Below are positions 48,893 to 60,421 of a stretch of 64,000 bases of DNA, one piece after another. Each line of letters starts with the position of its first letter. Position 1 is the stretch's first letter. The notes beneath the pieces are model-generated. The model ran no database searches, was not told the origin of the DNA, and saw only the letters and a program-made list of their open reading frames with translations. Where the stretch lies: contig NC_043020.1 in the NCBI RefSeq assembly GCF_006345805.1, positions 15,190,001 to 15,254,000 of the forward strand. The letters run 5' to 3'. The DNA is from Octopus sinensis (taxonomy: Eukaryota). The translations under genes and the position numbers were made by a program.

Positions 48893-48968
<76 letters not shown>

Positions 48969-49160
48969 ACAAATATATATATATATATAGATATATATAC
49001 ACACATACACAAATATATATATATAGATATATATACATATATACAAATATATGCACATATATGCAAATACACAAATATATATATATATAGATATATATAC
49101 ATATATACAAATATATGCACGTATATGCAAATACACACATATACATATGTATGTGTGTGT
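48886..49160. repeat. Compound (CA)n/(TA)n microsatellite
   Basis: Direct inspection; other (TA)n tracts at 1733-1772, 11155-11226, 53728-53777. Confidence 0.95.
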
Positions 49161-49227
49161 GTGTGTATAAATGTATGAATAAATATAGTGATCTCACGTA
49201 TGTTAGTGTGGAGAGAGAGGGGAAATA

Positions 49228-49263
<36 letters not shown>

Positions 49264-49639
49264 TAGCAAATAGTATACATCACTCTGGTCTCAGTTGTAA
49301 ATTGTGTATACGAATATAGAATATATTATATCAGTGATAACACACATGTACACAGATGTATGTGTGAGCTATAACATCTGCAGAAAGATCTGCTCAAGTA
49401 ATATACTACTAATCTAAATGATGGATGTCTATGTGTCAATATTTAGGGGTTGATTCAAAAGTTCTGAGCCCGACCTTATTAAAAGAAACACCAACTTTTA
49501 TATGCAAACTAGTTTTTCCCATCAGTGACACACCTTTTAAAAAATGTTCTCAAGGCTTTTCTCTGCTGATCTTTAAGTAACTTGTTATCCAATGTTCTTG
49601 TAAGCATTGTTATATTGCTTACCATAGCCTTTTATCACC

Positions 49640-50250
49640 TTAATAATAGATCCCTTTTTGGTGGTTTGCTTGCAGTTGTAAGACCTTAAGGATGTCACTG
49701 TCACCAGCAGGGAGGTTTTTATCATGAACGAACTTTGTGTCAATGACAGGGCCTCAAATAGTGTGTACCCAAACTAGATCTTACCCTCTCTAAACTGTTC
49801 AATCTCTCTCTCTCACACACATTGGCAGTGTGTTTATTTCCCAAGAAAAGTAAACTCTTTCACCCAAACCAATCACACTTCTAGTACTGTCATATCCAAG
49901 ATTTAGAAATTGGAAATATCATCTTCAATGTCTATTCTCAATAAAGTTTCCATTAACAAACTCTGTCAAAGATCTCTTCTCAATAGAGTTTCCATAGGCA
50001 TGCTTTTCCATGATGTTCTCCTTTCTGGATGCAGTTCCCATAGACCAATTTTCCCAAGGTTTTTCTCCTTTCTCATTACATTTTCCAAAGAGCTCTACAA
50101 AAGATCTGCTAAGCACTTGTTTCTCCTTTTTTCCTGGAGAAATTTGCTGAAAGCAATATTGTTGCCATTGACATCTGCAAAGCCTTCAACTTGCATGAGG
50201 ACTTCGTAGCTAAGTTACTTTGTTTATGGGCTTCCATTATGCCAGACTCA
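49640..50250 (+). mobile_element. Very decayed LINE RT fragment (Jockey/CR1 group)
   Basis: Remnants such as LTLSKLFNLS and IVAIDICKAF. Confidence 0.4.
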
Positions 50251-53200
50251 TGCTTTTATGACTAGAAACTTTGAAATCCTCCTCTAAATAGGGCATTCAT
50301 CTGTGAGCAACCAACACAAATGTTCAATCAATACACATTTAAGAAAACAGTTTCTTTTTTTTTTTGTACTACACACAGACAGTTAATCAGTAAATCCCTG
50401 ATGGTATTTATAAATACCATCACAATATCTGATCTCGTGTTGCAATCTTGAATATATAATATAGCAAAGATTGCATCCCAAACATCACATGTCCTTTTCA
50501 GAATCAGGAAATATTTCCACTCGATTAGGCCCTAATTGCTGATATATTCCTCTTTGTAGCAATGCTGTTGCTACACAATTGTCCTATACTAATCCTGGCA
50601 AATACCCAATCACCTAAACCTAATTAGTTTTACTTTTTTTCCTCTGTCCCTTTTATCTCTCCTGCAATGGCTTCTGCTCCTCTGACTGAGTAAACCTTCT
50701 GTCGCCATACCAATAGTGTCTCCTCCTTTGAACACCACAATCATTCCATCTATGGGGACATAACGACCTAATTTCCACTGAGGCAGCATAAAGATTCAGT
50801 CATTACACATCAAAGAAACAGTTTTGCACTGCTCCCTACCTTCACAGGAGCGACAAATAAAACCCATCAAGGTTTACCTAATCATTGTTATCCTTATTAA
50901 TCTTTAACACACTTAGGTCCATTCTGTCGCTGTAGAGTTTTCCTCTCTTGTAGCTGCAGGTGTATTTTGTCACATCGAGAGAAGAAAAAACTCATGTGGT
51001 GACCTAATGCTCCTCCTCCAACATGTTAAGGGTTAAATCTGATATTTTCTGCCTGCCTATACATATCCAAACTTATTTCACTAAAAGTTCCTGGTCCCTT
51101 TACTCCTCCACCTCGTGACTGAATAATGAAGAAAATAAGTCAAATGAGTGAACTCACACAATTTGGGAGCTGTGTGGATAGAAGAATAATTAACCAAAGG
51201 ATATGGAACTGGATCAAAGAAATGGTTGATGTTTAACATGAACTGCAGCAAGAAAAAAATTTTGATTTTCAGAGTTGGAGCTTGGTTTATGAGGAATTTG
51301 TTTTTGCACTTTCTGACTAACTGATTCTTAAAGTTCCCCTTGCTAAATAACATCTGCTTCACTTTTACTCCGAGTAAAATTTCTGTTTTTCTTTGTTTTT
51401 CTTAAATATTTTGGATACTTCAAAGAATAGTCCTTGCTCATATTCAAATATCTTTGGATAATAAATTCAACTAATCTTTAATTAACTCTTAGAATACCTA
51501 CTATTTGACTCAGCATTATCATCATTATCAGATTTTTCCTTATGTTTTACACTTCGTAACCACGATCTCAAGTAATGAGAAACATTTAGCATCAGCTAAC
51601 TGCCATAACTGTTCTCCACCTTCACATCTCAAATGTGAATCCGGAAGCAGGTGTTGGAAACCAAAAACTCGGAGATGATATATTCTAAGGGAAAGTGTTT
51701 GCTACGAATACGAAATAAAAGCTAGCTGAATAAGAAGCGAACTAAGATTCAAGATAATGTAGCTTGTCAAACTTAACAACATTGTGTGACAAAGAAGAAG
51801 TGACGTAGAGACCAAAGATATACAAAGATGTTCTTTTTTTACTCAAGGCAGAAGGCCTGAGATTTTGGGGGAGTGGGTGGGGTGGGCGGGGCAGTCAATT
51901 AGATCGACCCCAGTACACAACTGGTACTTAATTTATTGACTCTGAAAGGATGAAAGACAAAGTCGGTTCTATTGCAGTAATACAATCAGATAAAAAGCAT
52001 GATTGAAAGAGCGACAATGGAAACACGAGTGATTCTGAAACAAGCAACATAAAACAGAACCATAATTAGTGGATTTTAAGTACATCACATGTGTATTCAA
52101 TTCTGTATTGAATTCTGCACTAATTAGAACACTAATTAACAGAATAAATACATTCTGTTAATTAGTGCTCTAATATATTTTTAGGCTCAGAACTTGAATT
52201 TCACTTTGCTCATTCTATATTTGTGCGAAATATTTATGTTACATTGATCTCAACATGTGTTTGTGTGTGTGAATCCAGCTATGTGCATACACTTCCAAAT
52301 GTGTGCATATGTTTGTGAACTCTATTAATTTGTCATCTTTGTTGTCAGCAATATCATTGAGGTTGACCTTATTACTGCATGACCATTTTCCTTTGACCTT
52401 AACCCTTTCGTTACTGTATTTATTTTGAGATGCTCTGTGTTTCTTTCAATTACTTTAAATATAACAAAGAGTTTAGTAAAATAACTTGGTTATCATTAAG
52501 CTTGTGTTAGGAACATAAATTGCGACTAAGGTTTGGTGGGAGATTTTAATTCAAAACTTATGAAAATAAGACATTTGTACTACAGAGCCAGAGCCAGTTT
52601 CAGCCGGGTTGGTAACGAAAGGGCTAATGTAACCTTTCACATAACCCCAGCTGGTTTCTCTTGACCTGACCTCAACAGAGACCTATTCCTTCGATTTCTT
52701 TTTTGACCCCGGTCAGTATGGCTTCTTTCACTTTAGTATGACATTTCATTTGACAAAGTGTTAGGAGGTTGTCACTTTATCTCAAATAAGAATTTTCATA
52801 TTAGACATTAAATTTTATCAGTGTCCAGGATGAGTTGAGTTACATACCAAATAAACTCTGGGTCCATAACTACACTGAACACTTATCACCCCTGGCTAGC
52901 TTAACTGAAACACGGTCCCCTTTCATTTCTTGGTAGTTAGACCTCTCCTTCCATTGGTAGCTACAGTTAACCCTAGACCCCCTTTTTCTTGAGTAGCTAA
53001 ATTGAATCCTGGACACCTTCTGCTTGTAGGAAAATTGAACTTTCAGCTATCTCCTTCCACAGCTAACAGAACTAAATCCTGGACTTCCTTTATCTCCTGG
53101 ATAGCTGAAGAAAACCTATAGCTCTGAATTCTGTTTCCATCATTTATATTCTAACAGTGAGGGTTATAATTTATTAACCCCCCTTCTATACATTTGACTC

Positions 53201-53504
53201 TTCATATGCTTGGGAGGAAAGATTGCTTTGCGTGTGTATGTCCATGTGTGAGTGTGTATGCATACGTATGGAATCTGGTTTGGCAATCCATTTCAAATAT
53301 TTTCTTAGTTATCTCCCTTGCCTTTGGTTGAATAAAATATTCTTCAATCTTCAACTCTATTTCATACGGGTATAAACTTAATGAATTATTGTGCCAGCTA
53401 CATTGCACTCACTCACTGTCTCCCTCAACCTCTCTCTCTCTCTCTCTTTCTCATTCATACACACACACACACACTCTTTCATTTATGTATGTATTATGTA
53501 TACA

Positions 53505-53656
53505 CTTTATTGTTAAAGCTGCAAAAAACATCACAAAAATATCTCCCATTCGTCAGGCAGTTGTGATCACAACTGCCTGACAAATGAGAACATGAAACTC
53601 TGAGTTGCAGCTTTTTGTGATATTTTTGTGATGCTTTTGCAGCTTTAACAATGAAG
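53505..53656. repeat. MITE-like foldback with perfect 30-bp central palindrome
   Basis: GTCAGGCAGTTGTGATCACAACTGCCTGAC at 53552-53581; outer arms ATTGTTAAAGCTGCAAAA/TTTTGCAGCTTTAACAAT. Confidence 0.8.
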
Positions 53657-53725
53657 CATATTATTCTACCTCTGGTTTTCAAGCACTATTTTTTCCCACC
53701 TTGTTTTATATGTATGTACATACTC

Positions 53726-53779
<54 letters not shown>

Positions 53780-53890
53780 TTAATTATATATATTCTGTTA
53801 GAATATTATACACTGAATTTATGAGTGCTCTTTGTATAAGTGTCAAAAATATTAATACTATAAAGTATCTAGACATAAGTATGAGCGATT

Positions 53891-54152
53891 ATATATATTG
53901 TATTTTGAAATAATAGCATGAAATTTCATATCAAAAAAATTTCTCACGAAGATACATGCGTCTAAAATAGTATTGTATTAAAAATATATGTAAAAATATG
54001 AAACATAACAGTTTAAAAATTTGTTAATTAATGCATCTTATGATTGTTTCACGAAAGTATTATCATTATAATGGAATCCATTGTTGATACACATTGATAA
54101 ACAATACTTCTGCTCGTCAGAGATGGAGAAGATAAAGTTTTTATAATATATC
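53891..54152 (+). repeat. Left arm of ~260-bp inverted repeat (PLE pseudo-LTR)
   Basis: Reverse complement of 57901-58163 along its length; many of the differences are transitions at CpG positions. Confidence 0.9.
54034..54125 (-). ncRNA. Hammerhead ribozyme motif, partly decayed
   Basis: CATCT-CTGACGA-GCAGAAGTATT...AATACTTTCGT-GAAAC-AATC-ATA-AGATG. Perfect 5-bp helix I; helix III damaged by two CpG>CpA changes. Confidence 0.7.
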
Positions 54153-54306
54153 GAATGTTGTTTTAAAATCCAAAAAATATTTGAAAAATAGATTAAAATT
54201 TACTTGTTTTGATTTATGCAGGTAGGCTTTGGTAAGAAAATTTAAAGTTTGTATATATGTATCCCTGGTAAGTTCACCTTGGTAATCCATGACAATTTTG
54301 TGTAAG

Positions 54307-57008
54307 CTATTTCTTGATTTCCCACAAGGGGACAGTACAGCCTGGCTGGGGTCAGACACATACGGATGGTTATAAGATTTAAAAATGCACAAAAATGATA
54401 ATCGTATGATAGACAAAAGACAATCACAAAACAATAAAAGACAAAAAAATGAGGTATTAAAACAGGTTGGCGCTCCAACCCCATGAGCCCTGTTTCTCTA
54501 TTGACCCCTTCTGGTAACCTTTATAGTGTGTTCACGCAGAGTCTTTCATACCCAACATTCATGCTACATGTACCCATCTATCTTTATACATTCTTGCTGA
54601 CAGGCACCTCCTCTCTAGCCCCACTTTCCTTTTCAGATGAAAGGTGAAGGCCTTCACCAATGTGAGGCCGGTGACAAAGCTACCTATCATTACTCCTTTC
54701 ACTCTCGACTTCCAAATCACCTCTTTTGCAATTGCTACTACCAAGAGAAAACAATTCGTACCTTCTTCCGTAAGGAAATCAGGTGGGTCAATTTTTAAAA
54801 TTGACACAGACGATAGCTGTACTCTCCTCACATCTGACAACAGGTGTTCTGTATAAGCCCACAATTCTGACACACCTGGACTCTGAACAATAGCATGTGG
54901 GACAGTTTCCTCATCCCGCCCGCATCTTGAACAGGCCTGTGGGCCAGGATGACCATGTCTAGTGAGCTTATCCCGAACTGGTAGGGCTCCTCGGTAACAC
55001 TGCCAGGCCAGAGACTTTTGGAAATTATCCAGTGTCTTTGGCCCAAATGTTCTGCGGAACAGACTGTCCAACTGATTATCATCAAGACCCAGGGTCTTCC
55101 CCAGGGCATCAACGTTTCCGGCCTCTACCGACCTACTATAGAAATCTGCGGTGGTGCCCAAACTGCTGGCATTGCCCAAGCTGCAGAACTGGAGAAGAGC
55201 CTTGCAGCACTCCGTGTAACTTGTATCCAACCTCGATTTTCAATGAAACCAGTTTTCTCTTCCACCAAAACTAGTGAACCTAGGGAACATCCGTTTTGCA
55301 AGCAGAGACCACAACCGTTCACCATCCAGATAAAGCCAGAGGTGCCTCAATCTCAACACATGTTTGTGCATCAACAGCCAAGGCATCCCTAACTCACCCT
55401 TTAACGGTTTTTGACAGCAGATAGAACACCTCACAAGTGGACCAAAGCTCGTCCACAAAAAGTAGAAGATCTGCCTCTCCAACTTGCCCAACCACAAATC
55501 TGGACAAGGAACGACAGTTAGGTGGTAAACAATGACCGATGTGATAAACATTGGCCACCTCTACCCTCCCTTTCAAGAACAGCCACCACCAAGACCAAGT
55601 CTTGACTATCAGGCTCACCTTGCTCGCTACCTCAGTCCAGTTCTTTTCTATCTGGAGATCTGGGCCAAACCAGATTCCTAACAGCTTAACTGAGCCCTCC
55701 GTCCAGTGTCCCATGACGCTATTCAAAGGCATCATCTCGTCCCTCCAGGTGCCAAGTTGCAAGCTGACCAATTTTTCCCGGTTAATCTTTGCTCCTGCCA
55801 CCATCTTGTAAGCCTCGATGGTCTTGCCTACTTTCTGTAGGTGTTCCATCTTGGCCACAATGATAGTGATGTTGTCCGTGTAAGCTGAAACTGATGCCCC
55901 ACCTACTGGATTCGTCGGGATGCCACTCAGCCTTCGCAGCAATGGCTCAAGGGCCATCACATAGAAAAGTGGTGAGAGTGGACACCCTTGGTGAACCGAA
56001 TGCTTGATACAGAACGGCCTTGAGAGAAAACTGTTCACCCTAATGATTGAGTTGATATTGTTGTACAACTGTATGATCCACCTAAGGAAGCCAAAACCTA
56101 GTCCAAACTGTGCAAGAATAGATACCAGGTAACGATGATCTACCCTATCAAACACTTTAGCTTGGTCTAAATGGACCAGTGCCCTGCCCTTACCAGATTC
56201 ATTACCAAACTCTTCTATGGTGTAGCATATAAGATGAAGATTATCCTGGATGGTTTTACCGGGGATCACACACATTTGTGCTTCCTCGATCAGGCCATCC
56301 ACAACATGCATCAATCTTTTTGCCAACACCTTGACCAAAATCTTCATCTCTGCATTCAGCAGAGTGACGGGCCTAAAGTTATCTATACTATCCTTGTCCG
56401 GGTTCTTCCTGACCAACATCACCACTCCCAGACACACAGATCTGGGGATCAACCCGTTCTGCTGCCAGTATGTGCCCAAACAAGTCTGGCATACTCTTAT
56501 ACAGTTCGTATGGTAGACCATCGAGGCCTGGTGCCTTACCACCACTGCAGTCCGCTATAGCCTCTAACACCTCCTCAGGTGTGATTGACCTTTCACAGAT
56601 CTCCGCATCCTGCCTCAAGAGACCTGGCGAGGATGTCTGTAAGGCCTATCCTACTATCTGGTCCATCACTTCGCCCGAAAAGCAGGGCGAAGCGCTCCTG
56701 GAAAGTCTTACACATCTCCTCGGGTTCGTTTATCAACTCACCTTGTTGGTTCACCACAGATCGAATTATGGAATCATTTCCACATTGAGCCTCCACCACT
56801 CATACCCATCCAGCAGCCTTGATTCCCTCGCTTCCCATTGCAAGAAGTCTAGCCCTGACAATACACTCCATGTGCTTCACCTGGGATGTGTTGCCATTTC
56901 TCATGGGCCTTAACTCTAGGGCCTTAACTAATTCTTTTTCCCTCATACGTTCTCTAGCTACTAAACCTGAACTCTATCTAATAGACTCAAATTCAATGGC
57001 TCTTTTTA
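54307..57008 (-). mobile_element. 5'-truncated Tx1-clade (L1 superfamily) LINE with frameshifts
   Basis: KAPGLDGLPYELY, NFRPVTLLNAEMKIL, LDQAKVFDRVDH, QGCPLSPL, AYTDNITI (degenerate YADD), C-terminal WQCYRGALPVRDKL..CSRCGRDEETVPHA zinc-binding region. T-rich 3' UTR ends CCCCTTGTGGGAAATCAAGAAATAG. Confidence 0.92.
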
Positions 57009-57009
57009 G

Positions 57010-57900
57010 GAATGTGTGTGTGCTAAAAATCTTTGCTTAAAATTAACAGAACTCCCTATGTATACCATATTACTTAACCTATCCGCTAATATAACTATGT
57101 ACTTGTATATCATGTTGAGTCTTCTACATTTACCTTCTTAAGGGCATGATTCTTTATTTTTACATGGGCAATTTTTATTTTTATATTTCTGTTCAGAGGT
57201 ATAACATTTAATATTATTATAATTATTTGTTATGGTGCTTAATATTATCATTGAATTTGCTGTAGCCTTATTTATCTTGGAGTTAGATATATGTTAGTTA
57301 GTTAGTTAGTTAATTTGGCTCAAAAGCAAATAGCAAGGCCATGTAGGGGGGACATGGAGTTAAGTACAGGGTGGTGTTCATGTAAAGAGTTCAGGCCACT
57401 TGAGGTCAAGGGAGACTTTGAACAAAGCGGTCGTCGGCATCTTCACCATCTCGTCTGGCAGCTTGTTCCACGGATCCGCAACCCGGACGGAGAGAGCTCC
57501 TCTCCTTCGATTGAGATGAAATCGTCGCAGGTAGAGCTTCTCGGAATGACCCCGCAGCCGACGCTCTGGAGCAGGAGTGAAGAACAGCTCTTTCGAGAGG
57601 TTACACTTTCCGCTTATTACTATTAGTTTGTGGTATTGTATTACCTAAGGCATGTTGTAAATTTTCCAATATATGGTTGTTAGAATTTTGTTGGGATTTT
57701 GTTCTTTTGATATCATTGCTATGTGTCCGAGTATTTTGAGCATTATCTGGGATCTTAGTGTGATTGTTTGTTTCATTATTAGTATTGTTATTGCTGTTAT
57801 TACTAAAGCTATTTTTATATTTATTAATTTTTCTTGTATCAGAACTGACAATAATAGATCCTGTATTTGGTGTTGTAGAGTAGGATATTTTAATTGTGGT
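57010..57900 (-). mobile_element. Penelope-like element ORF remnant (post-RT linker and GIY-YIG), split by a CR1-like insertion
   Basis: 57900-57620 reads TTIKISYSTTPNTGSII. 57180-57010 reads NCPCKNKESCP*EGKCRRLNMIYK...VYIGSSVNFKQRFLAHTHS, the Cys-rich linker and YIG motif of C-terminal-endonuclease PLEs. Confidence 0.88.
57293..57606 (-). mobile_element. CR1/L2-like LINE 3' end inserted into the PLE ORF
   Basis: Same family as 12330-12655, with (TAAC)n tail; separates the PLE linker from the GIY-YIG segment. Confidence 0.8.
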
Positions 57901-58163
57901 GATATATTATAAAAAGTTTATCTTCTCCATCCCTGACGAGTGGAAGTATTGCTTATCAATGTATATCATCAATGGATTCCATTATAATGATAATACTTTC
58001 ATGAAACGACTGTATGATGCATTAATTAACGAAGTTTTAAACTGTCATGTTTCATATATTTACATATATTTTTAATATAATACTATTTTAGACACATGTA
58101 TCTTTGTGAGAAATTTTTTTGATATTAAATTTCATGCTATTATTTCAAAATACAGTATATATA
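57901..58163 (-). repeat. Right arm of ~260-bp inverted repeat (PLE pseudo-LTR)
   Basis: Reverse complement of 53891-54152; directly abuts the PLE ORF remnant. Confidence 0.9.
57928..58019 (+). ncRNA. Hammerhead ribozyme motif (type I, PLE-like)
   Basis: CATCC-CTGACGA-GTGGAAGTATT...AATACTTTCAT-GAAAC-GACT-GTA-TGATG. Core intact, 11-bp helix II (2 G.U), predicted cleavage after GUA at 58014. Confidence 0.75.
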
Positions 58164-58867
58164 TGTGTGTGTGTATTGGTAATTAGTAAGGGATTTCTTC
58201 AAACATTTACTGGTTTGCTCACAGTTAGGTATTCAAAATAGGTTATTCAACAGTTAGTATATATATATATTGAGAGAGAGGGAAAGAGATATATAATGTC
58301 TTCATTATTGTATAATTGCATGTGTTGGACGGAATTTGTTGAGGCAGATTTTCCACAGCCAGATGCCCTTCCTGTCCCCATGACCAGACATATGTTTTCA
58401 CAGAATGAAGGTCGCGACTTGCATGTTAATGACATTAATGTATAACTATTGCTTGAAGTCCAGGCAAGAAGGCAGTCACACACACACACTCTCTCTCTCA
58501 TACACACAGTTTTCTTTCAGTTTTTGTCTACAAATTCACTCACAAGGCTTTGGTTGGCTCAGGGCTATAGTAGAAGACAATTAAGGTGACATGCTATGGG
58601 ACTGAACCTGAAACGATGCAGTTGGATAGCAAACTTCTTACTACACAGCTGCACTTCTCCCTACACACTGTGTATGTCTGAGATATGAAGTTCAACCAGT
58701 AGTAAAGATATTATAAATAAGAAAAACACAAAAAGCCTATTGAAAGTCAGCTATCCAGTATTTCTTGATCAAAATATTACATTTCTTTTGCCATTTTGTA
58801 AGCTGGAACATCCCCAAAGGAGTTTTTAGTAACTGCATTTGATGTGAATATTGAACGAGCACAGGTG

Positions 58868-59575
58868 TTTTGAAACTCCACCTGTCTAACACCCGTGGAC
58901 ATGTTTACAAAGTCAGAAAACAGCACAGCTCCCATGACTTTAGGAAACATTTTTTCACGCTGAGAGTTGCTGAAGCATGGAACAAACAGCCGGCATCAGT
59001 TGTTAGTTGTCAGAGCACTGCATCCTTCAAAACTTCCATGCTTCCTGAGATTCACCAACACTACACCTGATTTTCTTCCCTCCATACACATGCAAGCATG
59101 TATCTGACTCATACACTGTTCACTTCCCAGACATTTGTACATTACTGCATATGCTTTATACGCACTTTTTGACAAGTTGTGGTGCACCTGAGCACTGTAT
59201 ACAATAATTTCATTATTATTATTATTATCCCCATTAGTTTCCAATTATGCTCACATACTTCCACTATGTTGCTATATAAAAAGCTCCCATGACTTTAGGA
59301 AACATTTTTTCACGCTGAGAGTTGCTGAAGCCTGGAACAAACTGCCGGCATCAGTTGTTAGTTGTTGGAGCACTGCATCCTTCAAAACTTCCATGCTTCC
59401 TGAGATTCACCAACACTACACCGGATTTTCTCCCCTCCATACACACGCAAGCATGTATCTGACTCATACACTGTTCACTTCCCAGACATTTGTACATTAC
59501 TGCATATGCATTATACACACTTTTGACAAGTTGTGGTGCACCTGAGCACTGTATACAATAATTTCATTATTATTC
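58868..59575 (+). mobile_element. Two adjacent CR1-like LINE 3' ends
   Basis: TRGHVYKVRKQHSSHDFRKHFFTLRVAEAWNK.PASVV, (ATT)n tail; copies offset by 355 bp (58927, 59282). A third copy lies at ~9465-9750 (-). Confidence 0.8.
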
Positions 59576-59849
59576 TAAAAAGACAAGGACCAATCAAGGG
59601 GAGATAATTCACTGCCGAGCAAACGCAATCCCTAAAAGAGTTGTTGTCAGCTCCCAAACTCCATCCCAGTTTTCATGAATCACAGCTTTACAGCTTTCTC
59701 CCGTTTTGGGTAACCATCTTGGCCCTGACTAACTATATGTGATAAACCATTTACTGCTATTCTTCTGTGGTTTTTTGCTTTCATTGATCATTTCCATCTG
59801 CTTCTTGGCAACACAATATTCCTTGTCCAGTGCCATTGAGCACTTAGAT

Positions 59850-60068
59850 CAGTGGTTTTCAACCAGGGTCCCACAGAACCTTAGGGTTCCGCCAGTACAG
59901 TCCAAGGGTTCTGCAAGAAGTTACAAAACTGCCAAAATTGGCAGTAATTTTTAATTCTCCTGTGCAGATATGTGTGCATAAGACTATTAAATTATTGCAC
60001 AGGGGTTCCTCGAGCCAGTGGAATGTTTCCTTGGGGTTCCGCTCCAGCAAAAAGTTTGAAAAGCACTG
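59850..60068. mobile_element. hAT (Charlie-type) MITE
   Basis: TIRs CAGTGGTTTTCAA / TTGAAAAGCACTG; 8-bp TSD ACTTAGAT (59842-59849 / 60069-60076). Confidence 0.88.
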
Positions 60069-60223
60069 ACTTAGATAATATATTCTGTAGTGTCCCAATT
60101 TTTCTTCATCTACATTTGGAAAATTTACCATTTTCCATCTCAGCAGATTTGAGCAGAGGCTGGAAATACATCATAGACATCTCAAAGATGGAATTTCGGC
60201 CATGATATGCTTCACCTCCAGAT

Positions 60224-60421
60224 CTTATTCCAACCAACTTTTCTTTCAATAACCTTCTTATTCCAACCAACTTTTCTTTCAATAACCTTCTTATTCCAAC
60301 CAACTTTTCTTTCAATAACCTTCTTATTCCAACCAACTTTTCTTTCAATAACCTTCTTATTCCAACCAACTTTTCTTTCAATAACCTTCTTATTCCAACC
60401 AACTTTTCCTTCAATAACCTT
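60224..60421. repeat. 33-bp tandem repeat x6
   Basis: CTTATTCCAACCAACTTTTCTTTCAATAACCTT, inside the decayed HERO-like element. Confidence 0.95.

Noticed and set aside
48708-49269. Tyr/Ile/His/Thr-rich ORFs (also near 11037-11470 and 53701-53913)
   Set aside because: Microsatellite translations.
58868-59575. Possible recent tandem duplication of a CR1 tail
   Set aside because: Copies differ at several sites, have different 5' ends and are separated by unique sequence; more likely two independent insertions.
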